A stretch of DNA of 64,000 bases, taken from sequence record NC_042136.1; one strand, 5' to 3'. Position numbers and translations under genes: made by a program. Below are positions 29,357 to 38,226 of this stretch, one piece after another; the first letter of the stretch is position 1, and every line of letters begins with the position of its first letter. The notes under the pieces are model-generated. The model had not been told where the DNA came from, ran no database searches, and saw nothing but the letters and a program-made list of their open reading frames with translations.

Positions 29357-30022
29357 ATGAAGATCACTTATATTCAAAAACTTGCAATCGTTTCAGCTAT
29401 GGCTTCTGTTCGTGGTGACGTGATGATCATCAGCGGGATTAAAGAGTCCGCTAAAGACGTTTGGGAGAACTATCGTGATAAAGCGTCGGGTTCACACCTG
29501 ATCGAGCGCGTGGCTTTCTCTAACCTTAAAACTGAGTCACTGAAGTCTTTTGGTGCAGCGGTACTTAAACTTAGCTTAAACGCTAAGGGTAAAACATTGA
29601 CCGGTTTCAGTGATGAAATGGTCGTAGAAGAATCAGAGCGTTTCACTTCTACGTTATCTCGTCTGGCTGCGGTTAGCGACCTTACTTTCGAACACGCATT
29701 CGCCACCGTTATGTCCACGGTAGTAGGTTACGACCAGTGGTTGGTAGAACGCAGTGAATATGCAAACAACAATCCTTACGAATTGGCTAAGTTGACTTAC
29801 GCTTACGCAGTACGTAAGTTTGATTTGTGTGATATGGACTACGCGGACACTATGGTGTTGTCTAACATGGACGAGTCTATGGTTAAGGTGATGTTTGAAC
29901 GTCGTGACGTGTTCTGGAACATGGCAATGGCGGAAGTGATCGATCGCGATTATCTGGATCTGTTTGAAGTACTGAAAGACATCGCTAATATGGATTGCAC
30001 TATCTTTGACACGGTTTCTTAA
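29357..30022 (+). CDS. Hypothetical protein
   Basis: 221-aa ORF with AGGT SD. Confidence 0.7.
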   Translation: MKITYIQKLAIVSAMASVRGDVMIISGIKESAKDVWENYRDKASGSHLIERVAFSNLKTESLKSFGAAVLKLSLNAKGKTLTGFSDEMVVEESERFTSTLSRLAAVSDLTFEHAFATVMSTVVGYDQWLVERSEYANNNPYELAKLTYAYAVRKFDLCDMDYADTMVLSNMDESMVKVMFERRDVFWNMAMAEVIDRDYLDLFEVLKDIANMDCTIFDTVS

Positions 30023-30026
30023 AATA

Positions 30027-30052
30027 TTTCAAACCTATATAACTTAGGTGAA
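30027..30052 (+). promoter_or_regulatory. phiKZ-type early promoter
   Basis: TTTCAAACC-TATATAAC-TTAGGTGAA. Confidence 0.7.
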
Positions 30053-30122
30053 CAAAGACCACAGCGTCTAGGGAACCGTGCCACGTTCCTTTTTAATTAA
30101 CTAAACTATATCGAGGTAACTC

Positions 30123-30569
30123 ATGTCTGATACAAAAGCTCCTAACTACGGCGATCTACAATCTAACCTTGTTAAAAACCTGACTAAGAATCACGAGTAT
30201 AACAAGGGCACTAATGTCGTAGTATTCGATGCTGACAAACTGGAAATGCCAGAAGGCATTACTGGTGAGTCAATGGAAGCTCACGTAAACTTCATGAACC
30301 AAGTTAGCGGTGCAGTAGAAGTTGCTACTGCTGAGATCACTCGTGAACTCTACGCGGAGAATGATAAGATTAACAACGTTGAAGGTACGTTGTCTATTCC
30401 GGGTGTCGTATTCAATACCGAACACACACTGCGCGCCGAAGTAGGTGAAGAAGCTCTTTATGGTGGCAGCACTACCATGACGGACTTCATCCACACACAA
30501 GAAGCTTCTGACTGGTTAGCAGAACAACGCGCTAGCAACGAAACTCTAGCGAGCAAACTCTTTAAATAA
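30123..30569 (+). CDS. Small acidic hypothetical protein, probably highly expressed
   Basis: 148 aa with GAGGT SD, its own promoter and its own terminator. Confidence 0.75.
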   Translation: MSDTKAPNYGDLQSNLVKNLTKNHEYNKGTNVVVFDADKLEMPEGITGESMEAHVNFMNQVSGAVEVATAEITRELYAENDKINNVEGTLSIPGVVFNTEHTLRAEVGEEALYGGSTTMTDFIHTQEASDWLAEQRASNETLASKLFK

Positions 30570-30577
30570 ATAGCAGT

Positions 30578-30630
30578 AACCCTCATCTCTTAACGGAGAT
30601 GAGGGTTGTTACCGCTTCCTTTATTTTTTA
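30578..30630 (+). terminator. Intrinsic terminator
   Basis: AACCCTCATCTC-TTAACG-GAGATGAGGGTT, with a T-rich tract further downstream. Confidence 0.7.
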
Positions 30631-30641
30631 CATATAGTTTG

Positions 30642-30667
30642 TTTTAAACCTATATAACCTAGGTGAA
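30642..30667 (+). promoter_or_regulatory. phiKZ-type early promoter
   Basis: TTTTAAACC-TATATAAC-CTAGGTGAA, nearly identical to the copy at 30027. Confidence 0.7.
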
Positions 30668-30714
30668 TAGTAAAGTGCTATTCTTAATCATCTAACCTTA
30701 TATAGGAAATTATT

Positions 30715-31233
30715 ATGTCAAGCATTATTCTTTACACCATCTTAGTGATGGTTCTTTTGGTAGTAGCAGCTGGTCTGTTTCGTTTCGCTATGTCTCGTCT
30801 AAGCATCGTGGCGGATGAATATGGTTACACACATTCAGTTGGGGTTACTAATGTCCTAAGACGATTCAGACTCTATGTGAAATACAACAATGGGAAAGAA
30901 CACTCAGTCTACATCAATCTGGTGAATACTGATTACGTGATTTCGCAACCGTATCAACTCGATGAGGAAGGTAATCTAGTTATCACCATGAAACCATGTG
31001 ATCGCGAAGGCATTCCTTCGATCTTCCGTAATGAAGAAGTTCGCGCACACGGTGAAGCGGGTGAACTATTTTACAACATGTTCAATCGTGACATCACGGC
31101 TCTCCCTTATCAATTCAGTTGTTCAGGTGTTCGTCGTATGTTCATTGAAGCAATCGCTACTGAGATTGTTAAAAAGCAGCACGCTCATCTTGAGTACTTA
31201 GAAAGAAAGATTGATCGTAATCTTTCTCGTTAA
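30715..31233 (+). CDS. Membrane-anchored hypothetical protein
   Basis: N-terminal hydrophobic helix IILYTILVMVLLVVAAGLF. Confidence 0.7.
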   Translation: MSSIILYTILVMVLLVVAAGLFRFAMSRLSIVADEYGYTHSVGVTNVLRRFRLYVKYNNGKEHSVYINLVNTDYVISQPYQLDEEGNLVITMKPCDREGIPSIFRNEEVRAHGEAGELFYNMFNRDITALPYQFSCSGVRRMFIEAIATEIVKKQHAHLEYLERKIDRNLSR

Positions 31234-31243
31234 TTAAAGTTCG

Positions 31244-31270
31244 GTCCCGTCATACGGCGGGACTTCTTCT
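31244..31270 (+). terminator. Possible intrinsic terminator
   Basis: GTCCCGTC-ATAC-GGCGGGAC followed by TTCTTCT. Confidence 0.5.
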
Positions 31271-31282
31271 AAGGAACAAATT

Positions 31283-31750
31283 ATGGATTTGTTATCGATC
31301 TTCCCACTTACTTTATTTGCCTTGGTTTTAGTTTGGGCTTTATTACGACAAACTGATCAAGATGGTGTTGAGTCTTTATTAACTCGTTGTATCAGTAATC
31401 GCAATGCTCACTTGGTGTGTGTTTATCATTCCGGGGGAGATCAAACTTATTTATCTACTTTCTTTGAAGACGTAGAACAAGCGGTGCTGGGCTATGACGA
31501 GCATTTACAGTCATATACCATGACATTACCTTTGGATTGCAAAAACGCCATGAAGGGGCGTATGGAGGCTCTCAAGGCATTAGCTAACAGTAAACTCGGT
31601 CGTACTGAAAACGGATACGAGTTTTTACAAGATATGGTGATCATTGAAGCGATCTTAACTGGAGAACTTCAGGATTACTATAATGAGTGGTCACGTGATC
31701 AAATCAAAGACGCTCATGATAATTGGTTAACACATCTAGAAACTATCTAA
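31283..31750 (+). CDS. Membrane-anchored hypothetical protein
   Basis: N-terminal LLSIFPLTLFALVLVWALL. Confidence 0.7.
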   Translation: MDLLSIFPLTLFALVLVWALLRQTDQDGVESLLTRCISNRNAHLVCVYHSGGDQTYLSTFFEDVEQAVLGYDEHLQSYTMTLPLDCKNAMKGRMEALKALANSKLGRTENGYEFLQDMVIIEAILTGELQDYYNEWSRDQIKDAHDNWLTHLETI

Positions 31751-31770
31751 CCTTAACAAAGGAACTCATT

Positions 31771-32430
31771 ATGGAACAAACAGCATTAAACTTCACTATC
31801 GCTATGATCGCTATTCTTTCGGTTATGGTTATCGCCGTATTAGTTTATGGTCGTCGTGTGGATCCTAACAAAACGTTCAACTTCGAAATAAAGCCTGAGC
31901 GAGGTATGATTCGTTTCATTGCTAACAATCCAGTAAAACCATCCCTTGGGTTTGAAGCACATTTCTATCCTAAAGCTCGCGACCAAGTAGAATCCGTTAT
32001 CTTGAAAGAAAGTGGGGTTGAGATTGAAGAACACGTTTTCCGTGAAGGTCGTGAACGTCCCGCAACTACTTTACCGCGTGTTCAACAATACTTCGGTAAA
32101 CGTGTTTATACTTTCATTGGAACGAACACTGACACCAACCATCTTAACGTTGCTCAGTTGGGAGAAATGTTTATCGCGATGGAGTTAGAAGACCGTTTAG
32201 GTAAATCTGATGACCGTGTTGAATTCGAGATGGGTGTGTTACGTGATCTGTTGTTCGGGTTTTATTACGAGGAACTCGAAGCTGCATCAACTATTTACTC
32301 TCCTGCGATGTACAACTCTATAGTAGAAGCTACTCGTGAGTTCGCTAAACTTAATTCACGTAGTTTTAACATTGTTGGAGAGAAACCAGCTAAACCAGTT
32401 AACTTTAAATGGGTGAAAGCAGCAGCATGA
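31771..32430 (+). CDS. Membrane-anchored hypothetical protein
   Basis: ATG 31771 after AGGA SD. N-terminal FTIAMIAILSVMVIAVLVY. Confidence 0.7.
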   Translation: MEQTALNFTIAMIAILSVMVIAVLVYGRRVDPNKTFNFEIKPERGMIRFIANNPVKPSLGFEAHFYPKARDQVESVILKESGVEIEEHVFREGRERPATTLPRVQQYFGKRVYTFIGTNTDTNHLNVAQLGEMFIAMELEDRLGKSDDRVEFEMGVLRDLLFGFYYEELEAASTIYSPAMYNSIVEATREFAKLNSRSFNIVGEKPAKPVNFKWVKAAA

Positions 32431-32912
32431 CTTTAATGTGGATGGGATTACTTGTCATCATACTAGCGGGGGCGTGGCATAACGCCCTCACTACTAAACA
32501 TGATGGAGTCGGAGACTTTTATTCAGTCTCCATGGGTGAACAGAAAGAGGGACGAGTTACGTTTGCACTTTCTTGTTCTGACAGCAACAAAAACTTTTTA
32601 ATCACCTTGGTCTTAGACGACTTAGAAAACATTTCTGGATTCGATTTAGAAATTGAGTATCAAGAAATCCCAAACACACTTTATTTAGGTGTTCAACCGG
32701 GAGAGACTTTTATTCGATCGACGATTCAACAATTAGAATCTGCTATTGCTTATCATAAAGAGAACCGAGCAATGGAAGAAAGATTGTTGATCACTCATGA
32801 TTTGTTTCAATTCGTCTATGACCAAAGTTCTATGAAAATCACACAGCGTGGGAACTTCCATGTGGATTACGCTGTGGAGAGAAAACTGATTTCTTTGGGA
32901 GCAACATTATGA
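32427..32912 (+). CDS. Membrane-anchored or exported hypothetical protein
   Basis: ATGA overlap at 32427. N-terminal LMWMGLLVIILAGAW. Confidence 0.7.
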   Translation: MTLMWMGLLVIILAGAWHNALTTKHDGVGDFYSVSMGEQKEGRVTFALSCSDSNKNFLITLVLDDLENISGFDLEIEYQEIPNTLYLGVQPGETFIRSTIQQLESAIAYHKENRAMEERLLITHDLFQFVYDQSSMKITQRGNFHVDYAVERKLISLGATL

Positions 32913-33427
32913 TCTTCGCATTCGTATTAATGGCAATCACTGGTTTCGTATTCATTGTTAGTCCATTCGACCACAACTTCTTTTATACCACTATGCTTGC
33001 TATTGGAACTGTTGGTGCTTTCATCATCAGTTTCAGTGATGTACATTTTGGTAAACGTTACCATGTAACAGTGGGAAACAATAAAGACGGTGAGTTCCTA
33101 CGTATCACTGACCGTCATTTTAAAATGGTTCATGAATTGGAGTTGGTTGAAACTCCTGATTATGGTGCTGAAATCGTCAACGACCATAACAGCTTGAACC
33201 GCATCTCATTCCGTGCACAAACTGGGTCGTGTGATTACAACCATTTGTTAATGCGCTTGGGATCTCTAGTAGACGTTGACAGATCAACTACTAGTGACAA
33301 CATGTTGAACTTAATGTTATTAGTGAGACATCAAAAACCTGTCATTCTTAACACATGTCTAGCAGACTACGCTATTAGTGATCGAGCTCGTCGTCTATTC
33401 GCTCGTGATTTGAAAATTGTAGTCTAA
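32909..33427 (+). CDS. Membrane protein with two N-terminal TM helices
   Basis: IFAFVLMAITGFVFIV and FFYTTMLAIGTVGAFIISF; ATGA overlap. Confidence 0.7.
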   Translation: MIFAFVLMAITGFVFIVSPFDHNFFYTTMLAIGTVGAFIISFSDVHFGKRYHVTVGNNKDGEFLRITDRHFKMVHELELVETPDYGAEIVNDHNSLNRISFRAQTGSCDYNHLLMRLGSLVDVDRSTTSDNMLNLMLLVRHQKPVILNTCLADYAISDRARRLFARDLKIVV

Positions 33428-33459
33428 AGGAATATTACCAGTAATAAAAGGAGAGGGAA

Positions 33460-33930
33460 ATGAGAAAGTCCTTAATGATCTTCGTCTTATGGTTTGTCGC
33501 GTCCGCTGCTAATGCTGCGTATTTGACCTTGGATGACAGTTCGTCAAAACAGTGGGAATACCATCCTACTAATGAAGCGTATTCGTTTACGTTTCATTAC
33601 CAAGTCAATAGTTCGGTATCGATGACTCTGAGATGTCAACCATTAATAGAAAACGCTGAATTCACTTTGTTGATTGATGGCGAAGAACGAAAAGTGGTGA
33701 GAATCTTTGGTTACGACCACCGTACTGATTTGGCTCAGAGCATGGACTTGACTTTAGAAGGATTTGTTTACGGAGACTTTGCACACATCTTTGCACAATA
33801 CGAAACTATTTGGTTGATTGGTGAAGATGGTCGCGAGATCGTTACTTTCGATAATCAAAACCGCATGGCGGCGAATGAGTTGTTCTCGTTTAGAAAACAG
33901 TGTCGTTTAGTCGTACCAAGTAAAAAGTAA
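33460..33930 (+). CDS. Secreted/periplasmic hypothetical protein
   Basis: Sec signal MRKSLMIFVLWFVASAANA|A. Confidence 0.7.
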   Translation: MRKSLMIFVLWFVASAANAAYLTLDDSSSKQWEYHPTNEAYSFTFHYQVNSSVSMTLRCQPLIENAEFTLLIDGEERKVVRIFGYDHRTDLAQSMDLTLEGFVYGDFAHIFAQYETIWLIGEDGREIVTFDNQNRMAANELFSFRKQCRLVVPSKK

Positions 33931-33932
33931 TA

Positions 33933-33990
33933 TTATTAGGTAGGTGGACGTCCACCTACCTAATAACTACAATCATATTTTTTTTTATTA
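33933..33990 (+). terminator. 34-bp perfect palindrome acting as a probable terminator
   Basis: TTATTAGGTAGGTGGAC|GTCCACCTACCTAATAA (33933-33966); T-run about 12 nt downstream. Confidence 0.65.
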
Positions 33991-33997
33991 AAAAATG

Positions 33998-34021
33998 TCA
34001 GTTCTATATTATCAATGTGTT
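33998..34021 (+). promoter_or_regulatory. phiKZ-type early promoter
   Basis: TCAGTTC-TATATTAT-CAATGTG upstream of folA. Confidence 0.55.
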
Positions 34022-34045
34022 AAACCTTAACTAATTGGAGTTTAT

Positions 34046-34561
34046 ATGTACCGACAACTATCCATGATCGTAGCGATGTCTAAAAACCGTTGCATCGGTC
34101 GTTCCAATAAACTGCTTTGGAACTTACCTGCTGACATGAAGTGGTTCCGTAAACAAACTGAAGGTAGACCGGTGGTGATGGGTCACCGCACCCATAAATC
34201 TATTGGTCGTTTGTTGCCTAACCGTCAAAACATTATTCTTAGCCGTGATGAGGATTTAGTCATTCCGGGTGCACTGGTTTTAAATAGTGTTGAGGAAGTA
34301 TTGCGGATGGCGGAATTACTAGATGACATGGTCATCATTGGTGGGGAGAATATTTATAAGGCATTCTTACCTTATACCAATCTTATCATGCGTACTACGG
34401 TCGATGCTGAAATGGAAGGGGATGCTTTCTTTCCTGATGTGGATAACGAGTTTTATCAATTTGCGGTCACTCGTTATGAACAAGACGAAAAACATTTTGC
34501 GGATCTTACTTTTGAGATCTTAATGAGAAACACGGAGGACACTCATGAAACAACGGATTAA
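34046..34561 (+). CDS. folA: Dihydrofolate reductase
   Basis: MIVAMSKNRCIG...LLWNLPADMKWF...VVMGHRT..SIGRLLPNRQNIILS...IIGG...GDAFFP. Confidence 0.97.
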   Translation: MYRQLSMIVAMSKNRCIGRSNKLLWNLPADMKWFRKQTEGRPVVMGHRTHKSIGRLLPNRQNIILSRDEDLVIPGALVLNSVEEVLRMAELLDDMVIIGGENIYKAFLPYTNLIMRTTVDAEMEGDAFFPDVDNEFYQFAVTRYEQDEKHFADLTFEILMRNTEDTHETTD

Positions 34562-35339
34562 TAACTTCATTGCTAAGTTCAAGACCTTAGCGCAAATCGG
34601 TGGGATCACTGTTGATCCTAATATCTTAGAGTTTTGTGTGATTAGTAATAACAAAAACGACAAAGCTCATAACCTAGAACACGTACATGGTGTTGTAAAG
34701 CTCGGTGTGGAGCTTGGAGTCAAAGAGGGGTACTATGGTACCAAAGAGATGTTAATCATCTACTACGGCTGTCTCATGCACGATTTGGGTTGTCGTTGGG
34801 ATAGAGATTCCCATCATGTGGAATCTGCCATGTTAGCAGAAGATTTGTTAACGGTATTTGAACCCGGATCTTTAACGGAGAAAGATATCGATCAAGTCAG
34901 GCTGTGTTGTTTAGAACACCGCAGTAGTTATGCCGGTGGTCCCACTACTCCGTTATCTACACTCGTTGCTATCGCTGACCGAGGCAAACCTAACTTCCCG
35001 TTATACGTGATGCGCGCTTTCGTATTCCGTAAAACAGAAGGACTGACCCAACATGAAATGGTGGATGAAGTCTACGCTCACCTAATGGATAAGTTCAGTC
35101 GTTCGAACGGTTATAACTGGAGTAGCTATCCTAATGAAGGATTAAAGTACTTTGCTGATGAGTGGGAGGAGTTCGATCGTTTATTACTTCGTAAGAACGT
35201 CGTTTCATTAGTCAACACTTATACCGAACAATACATCAGTACCGGGGAAGTTACTCCGGTAAAAGAAATCGATGTACTGTACACCGGTGCCTTCGGTAGA
35301 GTGAACGACAAACGTAAGATCGTTTATAATCCGAAATAA
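34545..35339 (+). CDS. HD-domain metal-dependent phosphohydrolase
   Basis: HNLEH...LMHDLG...HHVES...CLEHR...IAD. Confidence 0.85.
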   Translation: MKQRINNFIAKFKTLAQIGGITVDPNILEFCVISNNKNDKAHNLEHVHGVVKLGVELGVKEGYYGTKEMLIIYYGCLMHDLGCRWDRDSHHVESAMLAEDLLTVFEPGSLTEKDIDQVRLCCLEHRSSYAGGPTTPLSTLVAIADRGKPNFPLYVMRAFVFRKTEGLTQHEMVDEVYAHLMDKFSRSNGYNWSSYPNEGLKYFADEWEEFDRLLLRKNVVSLVNTYTEQYISTGEVTPVKEIDVLYTGAFGRVNDKRKIVYNPK

Positions 35340-35349
35340 TCCTTTTGGT

Positions 35350-35385
35350 GTGGTAGGGGAATTACCCCTACCACCTTCTTTTTGC
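35350..35385 (+). terminator. Intrinsic terminator
   Basis: GTGGTAGGGG-AATTA-CCCCTACCAC followed by CTTCTTTTT. Confidence 0.7.
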
Positions 35386-35398
35386 TTTCCATAAAAAA

Positions 35399-36316
35399 GT
35401 GGTTACTATGATTTACACAAATTTTAAAGAATTGGGTCAACGTGTTCTTAATGAAGGAGAGTTGGTTTTTAATGAACGTACAGGTAAAAACTGTTTAACA
35501 GTCATTAATGCGGACATGACTTACCGCAATGACTTAAATGCGGTGCCGGCTAACACCTTACGTCAATCCCCTTTCTTCTTAGGTGTGGGAGAGTTGTTGG
35601 GTTACTGGAAAGGTTTAATGAACGCCGCGGACTTCCGTGCTTTAATGACCAAGTCTTGGGACAATAATGCTAATGAAAATAAAGCGTGGTTAAATAACCC
35701 GAACCGTTTAGGTGAAGATGACATGGGTGTGGTGTACGGTGCGGTTGCTAACCACTGGCCTCTCATGGAGTTCGTGAATCGTTCTGCTCGTATTAAAGAC
35801 GATGGGACACTAGACTTACGTCATTCAGGTGAGATTGACATACTACACAGTATCTATACCGACCTTAGCAATGGTTTGGATGACCGTGGTGAAATCCTGA
35901 ACTTCTGGAACCCGGGTATGTTCCACTTAGGTTGTTTACGTCCTTGCATGTATTCTCACCATTGGTCATTGGTAAACGACAACATGTACTTGAACTCAAC
36001 ACAGCGTAGTGCTGATTTAGGTTTAGGTGTGAGTTCCAACATGATTCAAGTTTTCTTGAGCAATGCGCTTATGGCTCAAATCACCGGTCATCATGCTAAA
36101 GAGTCTTATCACAAGCTGGTTAACGTGCATTTGTATGAAGATCAAATTGATCTGTTCCGTGGTGAGATGGAACGTGAGCCGTTGGACGCCCCTACACTGT
36201 GGATTAACCCAGACATCAAGACTTTGGAAGATGTTCGTACTTGGGTGACTCCTAAAGACTTTGCTTTGATTGATTACAAACATCATGACAAAATCGTTTA
36301 TCCATTCACGGTTTAA
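35399..36316 (+). CDS. thyA: Thymidylate synthase
   Basis: RTG, LRPCMYSH (catalytic Cys), QRSADLGLG..N and HLYEDQ. NERTGK.CLTVINAD and WLNNPNR.GEDDMG.VYG resemble Vibrionaceae ThyA. The start may be ATG 35408. Confidence 0.96.
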   Translation: MVTMIYTNFKELGQRVLNEGELVFNERTGKNCLTVINADMTYRNDLNAVPANTLRQSPFFLGVGELLGYWKGLMNAADFRALMTKSWDNNANENKAWLNNPNRLGEDDMGVVYGAVANHWPLMEFVNRSARIKDDGTLDLRHSGEIDILHSIYTDLSNGLDDRGEILNFWNPGMFHLGCLRPCMYSHHWSLVNDNMYLNSTQRSADLGLGVSSNMIQVFLSNALMAQITGHHAKESYHKLVNVHLYEDQIDLFRGEMEREPLDAPTLWINPDIKTLEDVRTWVTPKDFALIDYKHHDKIVYPFTV

Positions 36317-36322
36317 TTATTA

Positions 36323-36360
36323 CGGGTGGGGCTTCGGTCCTACCATCTTTTTTACTTTTT
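36323..36360 (+). terminator. Intrinsic terminator
   Basis: GGTGGGGC-TTCG-GTCCTACC followed by a T-run. Confidence 0.65.
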
Positions 36361-36379
36361 AATATTTAAGGATTAAGTC

Positions 36380-36814
36380 ATGCGTACTACACCCATGCAA
36401 TTCCAAAAACAACGTAGTTTAAACGGTAGTACTGATTTTCTAAAACTCCGTGGATTCGACTCAGACATGCTACCGGTAGTCCGAGCAGTGAATCGTTGCA
36501 AAGAACTCGCTACTCATCAGTGTTGTTCAGGTCATCCGGAACGGGACCCTACTTATCGTACATACCACATTCAAATGATGTATACCGAGAAAGCATTAAA
36601 AACTCTTCATCTTATCTTTACCGCTTTAAGTGGTGAATATCCTCATCCTAATATGGTGAGACTTTCTTTTGTACGCAAGCGAGTTAGTCTGCAAGACCGT
36701 CGTGAAACGTCCGTAGCGGTGATTTCGGTTGATCGGTCTCTAGGAGTACGACCTAGCGCGCTCAGCATTAATCAGACTATTATACACGCACTTACACATG
36801 GTGCGGAGGAGTAA
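36380..36814 (+). CDS. Hypothetical protein with a TYW3-like D...LN...T..CCSGH motif
   Basis: FDSDMLPVVRAVNRCKELATHQCCSGHP. Confidence 0.55.
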   Translation: MRTTPMQFQKQRSLNGSTDFLKLRGFDSDMLPVVRAVNRCKELATHQCCSGHPERDPTYRTYHIQMMYTEKALKTLHLIFTALSGEYPHPNMVRLSFVRKRVSLQDRRETSVAVISVDRSLGVRPSALSINQTIIHALTHGAEE

Positions 36815-36817
36815 ATC

Positions 36818-37462
36818 ATGCCATTAATATGTTTAGATAAAACCGGTGTCTTGTTTGAAAGTGTCCATGAACTCGGTGGAGACTTTTGGGTAACGAACTT
36901 AATGTTCGGTACACCAGTATGGAAAGATCGTTTACCGATCAAGTATACCGATGATGAAGGTAACGAACAAGAAACCAAAGTACGTTGGGGGGCGGTGGTA
37001 ACGGACGATACCTCTGCTAACTGGAATAGTGCAGAGATCGACGATATCCTTTGGGCGTACCGACAAAAAGAACTCAAGGTAGGGAGTCATCGAATCGCTT
37101 ATGGTCTTAAAGTAGTGACTAAGTTCCCTTCACTTACTTATTACGGGTTATGTGATAACGATCGTGTTGTAGAAATCTCTATCAATAAAGACCGTCTACG
37201 CATCGGGTTATTGAATGAAGGGAGTTGGATCATCGACCCTGATTACAAATACGCGGATTCCGCAACGGTGCTGGGGATAGATTGCCCGATAGAGACGTTT
37301 TCTTGGGCAATGGTTCAAAAGTTAAAAACCTCCACACCTAAGATGACCGCGCTTTTTAAAACAGAAACCAGTACGACTATTTTATCCGAAACTAAATACG
37401 AACAATCGGATATCGATAATTGGCTGGAGTTATTCGATAAAGTTATGGAGAAACACCAATGA
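36818..37462 (+). CDS. Hypothetical protein
   Basis: 214-aa ORF with GGAGGAG SD, coupled to the next gene. Confidence 0.7.
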   Translation: MPLICLDKTGVLFESVHELGGDFWVTNLMFGTPVWKDRLPIKYTDDEGNEQETKVRWGAVVTDDTSANWNSAEIDDILWAYRQKELKVGSHRIAYGLKVVTKFPSLTYYGLCDNDRVVEISINKDRLRIGLLNEGSWIIDPDYKYADSATVLGIDCPIETFSWAMVQKLKTSTPKMTALFKTETSTTILSETKYEQSDIDNWLELFDKVMEKHQ

Positions 37463-38226
37463 CAGTAATAGTGGGACACCGAGGCAACTTCTTCGCCGAT
37501 TCAAAAGAAACGGTTTCTATGCCAACCGTTAATGACGAGTACAATAATGACCGAGTCAAGATCATAAAAGCTCCGTCAATAACACCAGATTATGTCAAAG
37601 CCGATGGGACTCGTATTAAACCAGACTACATGGCGATGTGTGGTTCAACAGCTCTTATATTTCGTCACACACTGGATCCTAAAGATTGGTTGGCGTTATT
37701 TGACCTCGAAGAATTTAAAGAAGGGGTTTGGGAACGTGAGTTGATTCATTTGTCGGTGAACAGTGAGCGTATTGCTAAGATCTTTTACCGTATTGAAGAA
37801 GAGTTTTTCGAAGTGGACTTCCGTGGTAACGAACTCCGTATCAGTCAACCTTTGACTTACGCTATAGCAGGATCCGGGGCGGATGTATTCGAAGGGGTGA
37901 TGACTTCCATCACTGGGAATAAGTCGGTCACTGCTTATGACGTACTATTGGTATTAAAACTGGTATTGCGATCAGAAGTCGAGGAAACCATCGGTGGGAA
38001 TGTTAGAGCATTATTCACAGGCGGTAGTGTTGTCCAAGAAATACCAAATAAGTTGGATCCTGATGAACAGAAACATTTGCGTGATCGTTACGAGAAACGT
38101 TTGTACGAAATCACTGGATTGACTAAACCGGAAGTCGTGGAGTCTAAAGAAACCAAACCAGCGAAGAAGGCTAAGAAAAAGCCTAAGAAAGAAACCAAGC
38201 CCAAAGAAACTGAGAAAAAGGATTGA
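37459..38226 (+). CDS. Ntn-hydrolase (HslV/proteasome-beta-like) family protein with a Lys-rich tail
   Basis: M-T-VIVG...FFADSK N-terminus (Thr nucleophile after Met removal) and AIAGSGA. Confidence 0.6.
   Translation: MTVIVGHRGNFFADSKETVSMPTVNDEYNNDRVKIIKAPSITPDYVKADGTRIKPDYMAMCGSTALIFRHTLDPKDWLALFDLEEFKEGVWERELIHLSVNSERIAKIFYRIEEEFFEVDFRGNELRISQPLTYAIAGSGADVFEGVMTSITGNKSVTAYDVLLVLKLVLRSEVEETIGGNVRALFTGGSVVQEIPNKLDPDEQKHLRDRYEKRLYEITGLTKPEVVESKETKPAKKAKKKPKKETKPKETEKKD

Noticed and set aside
35399-36316. dCMP hydroxymethylase / modified-base pathway
   Set aside because: The ThyA-type Asn is retained and the sequence resembles host-type ThyA; no modification genes are nearby.
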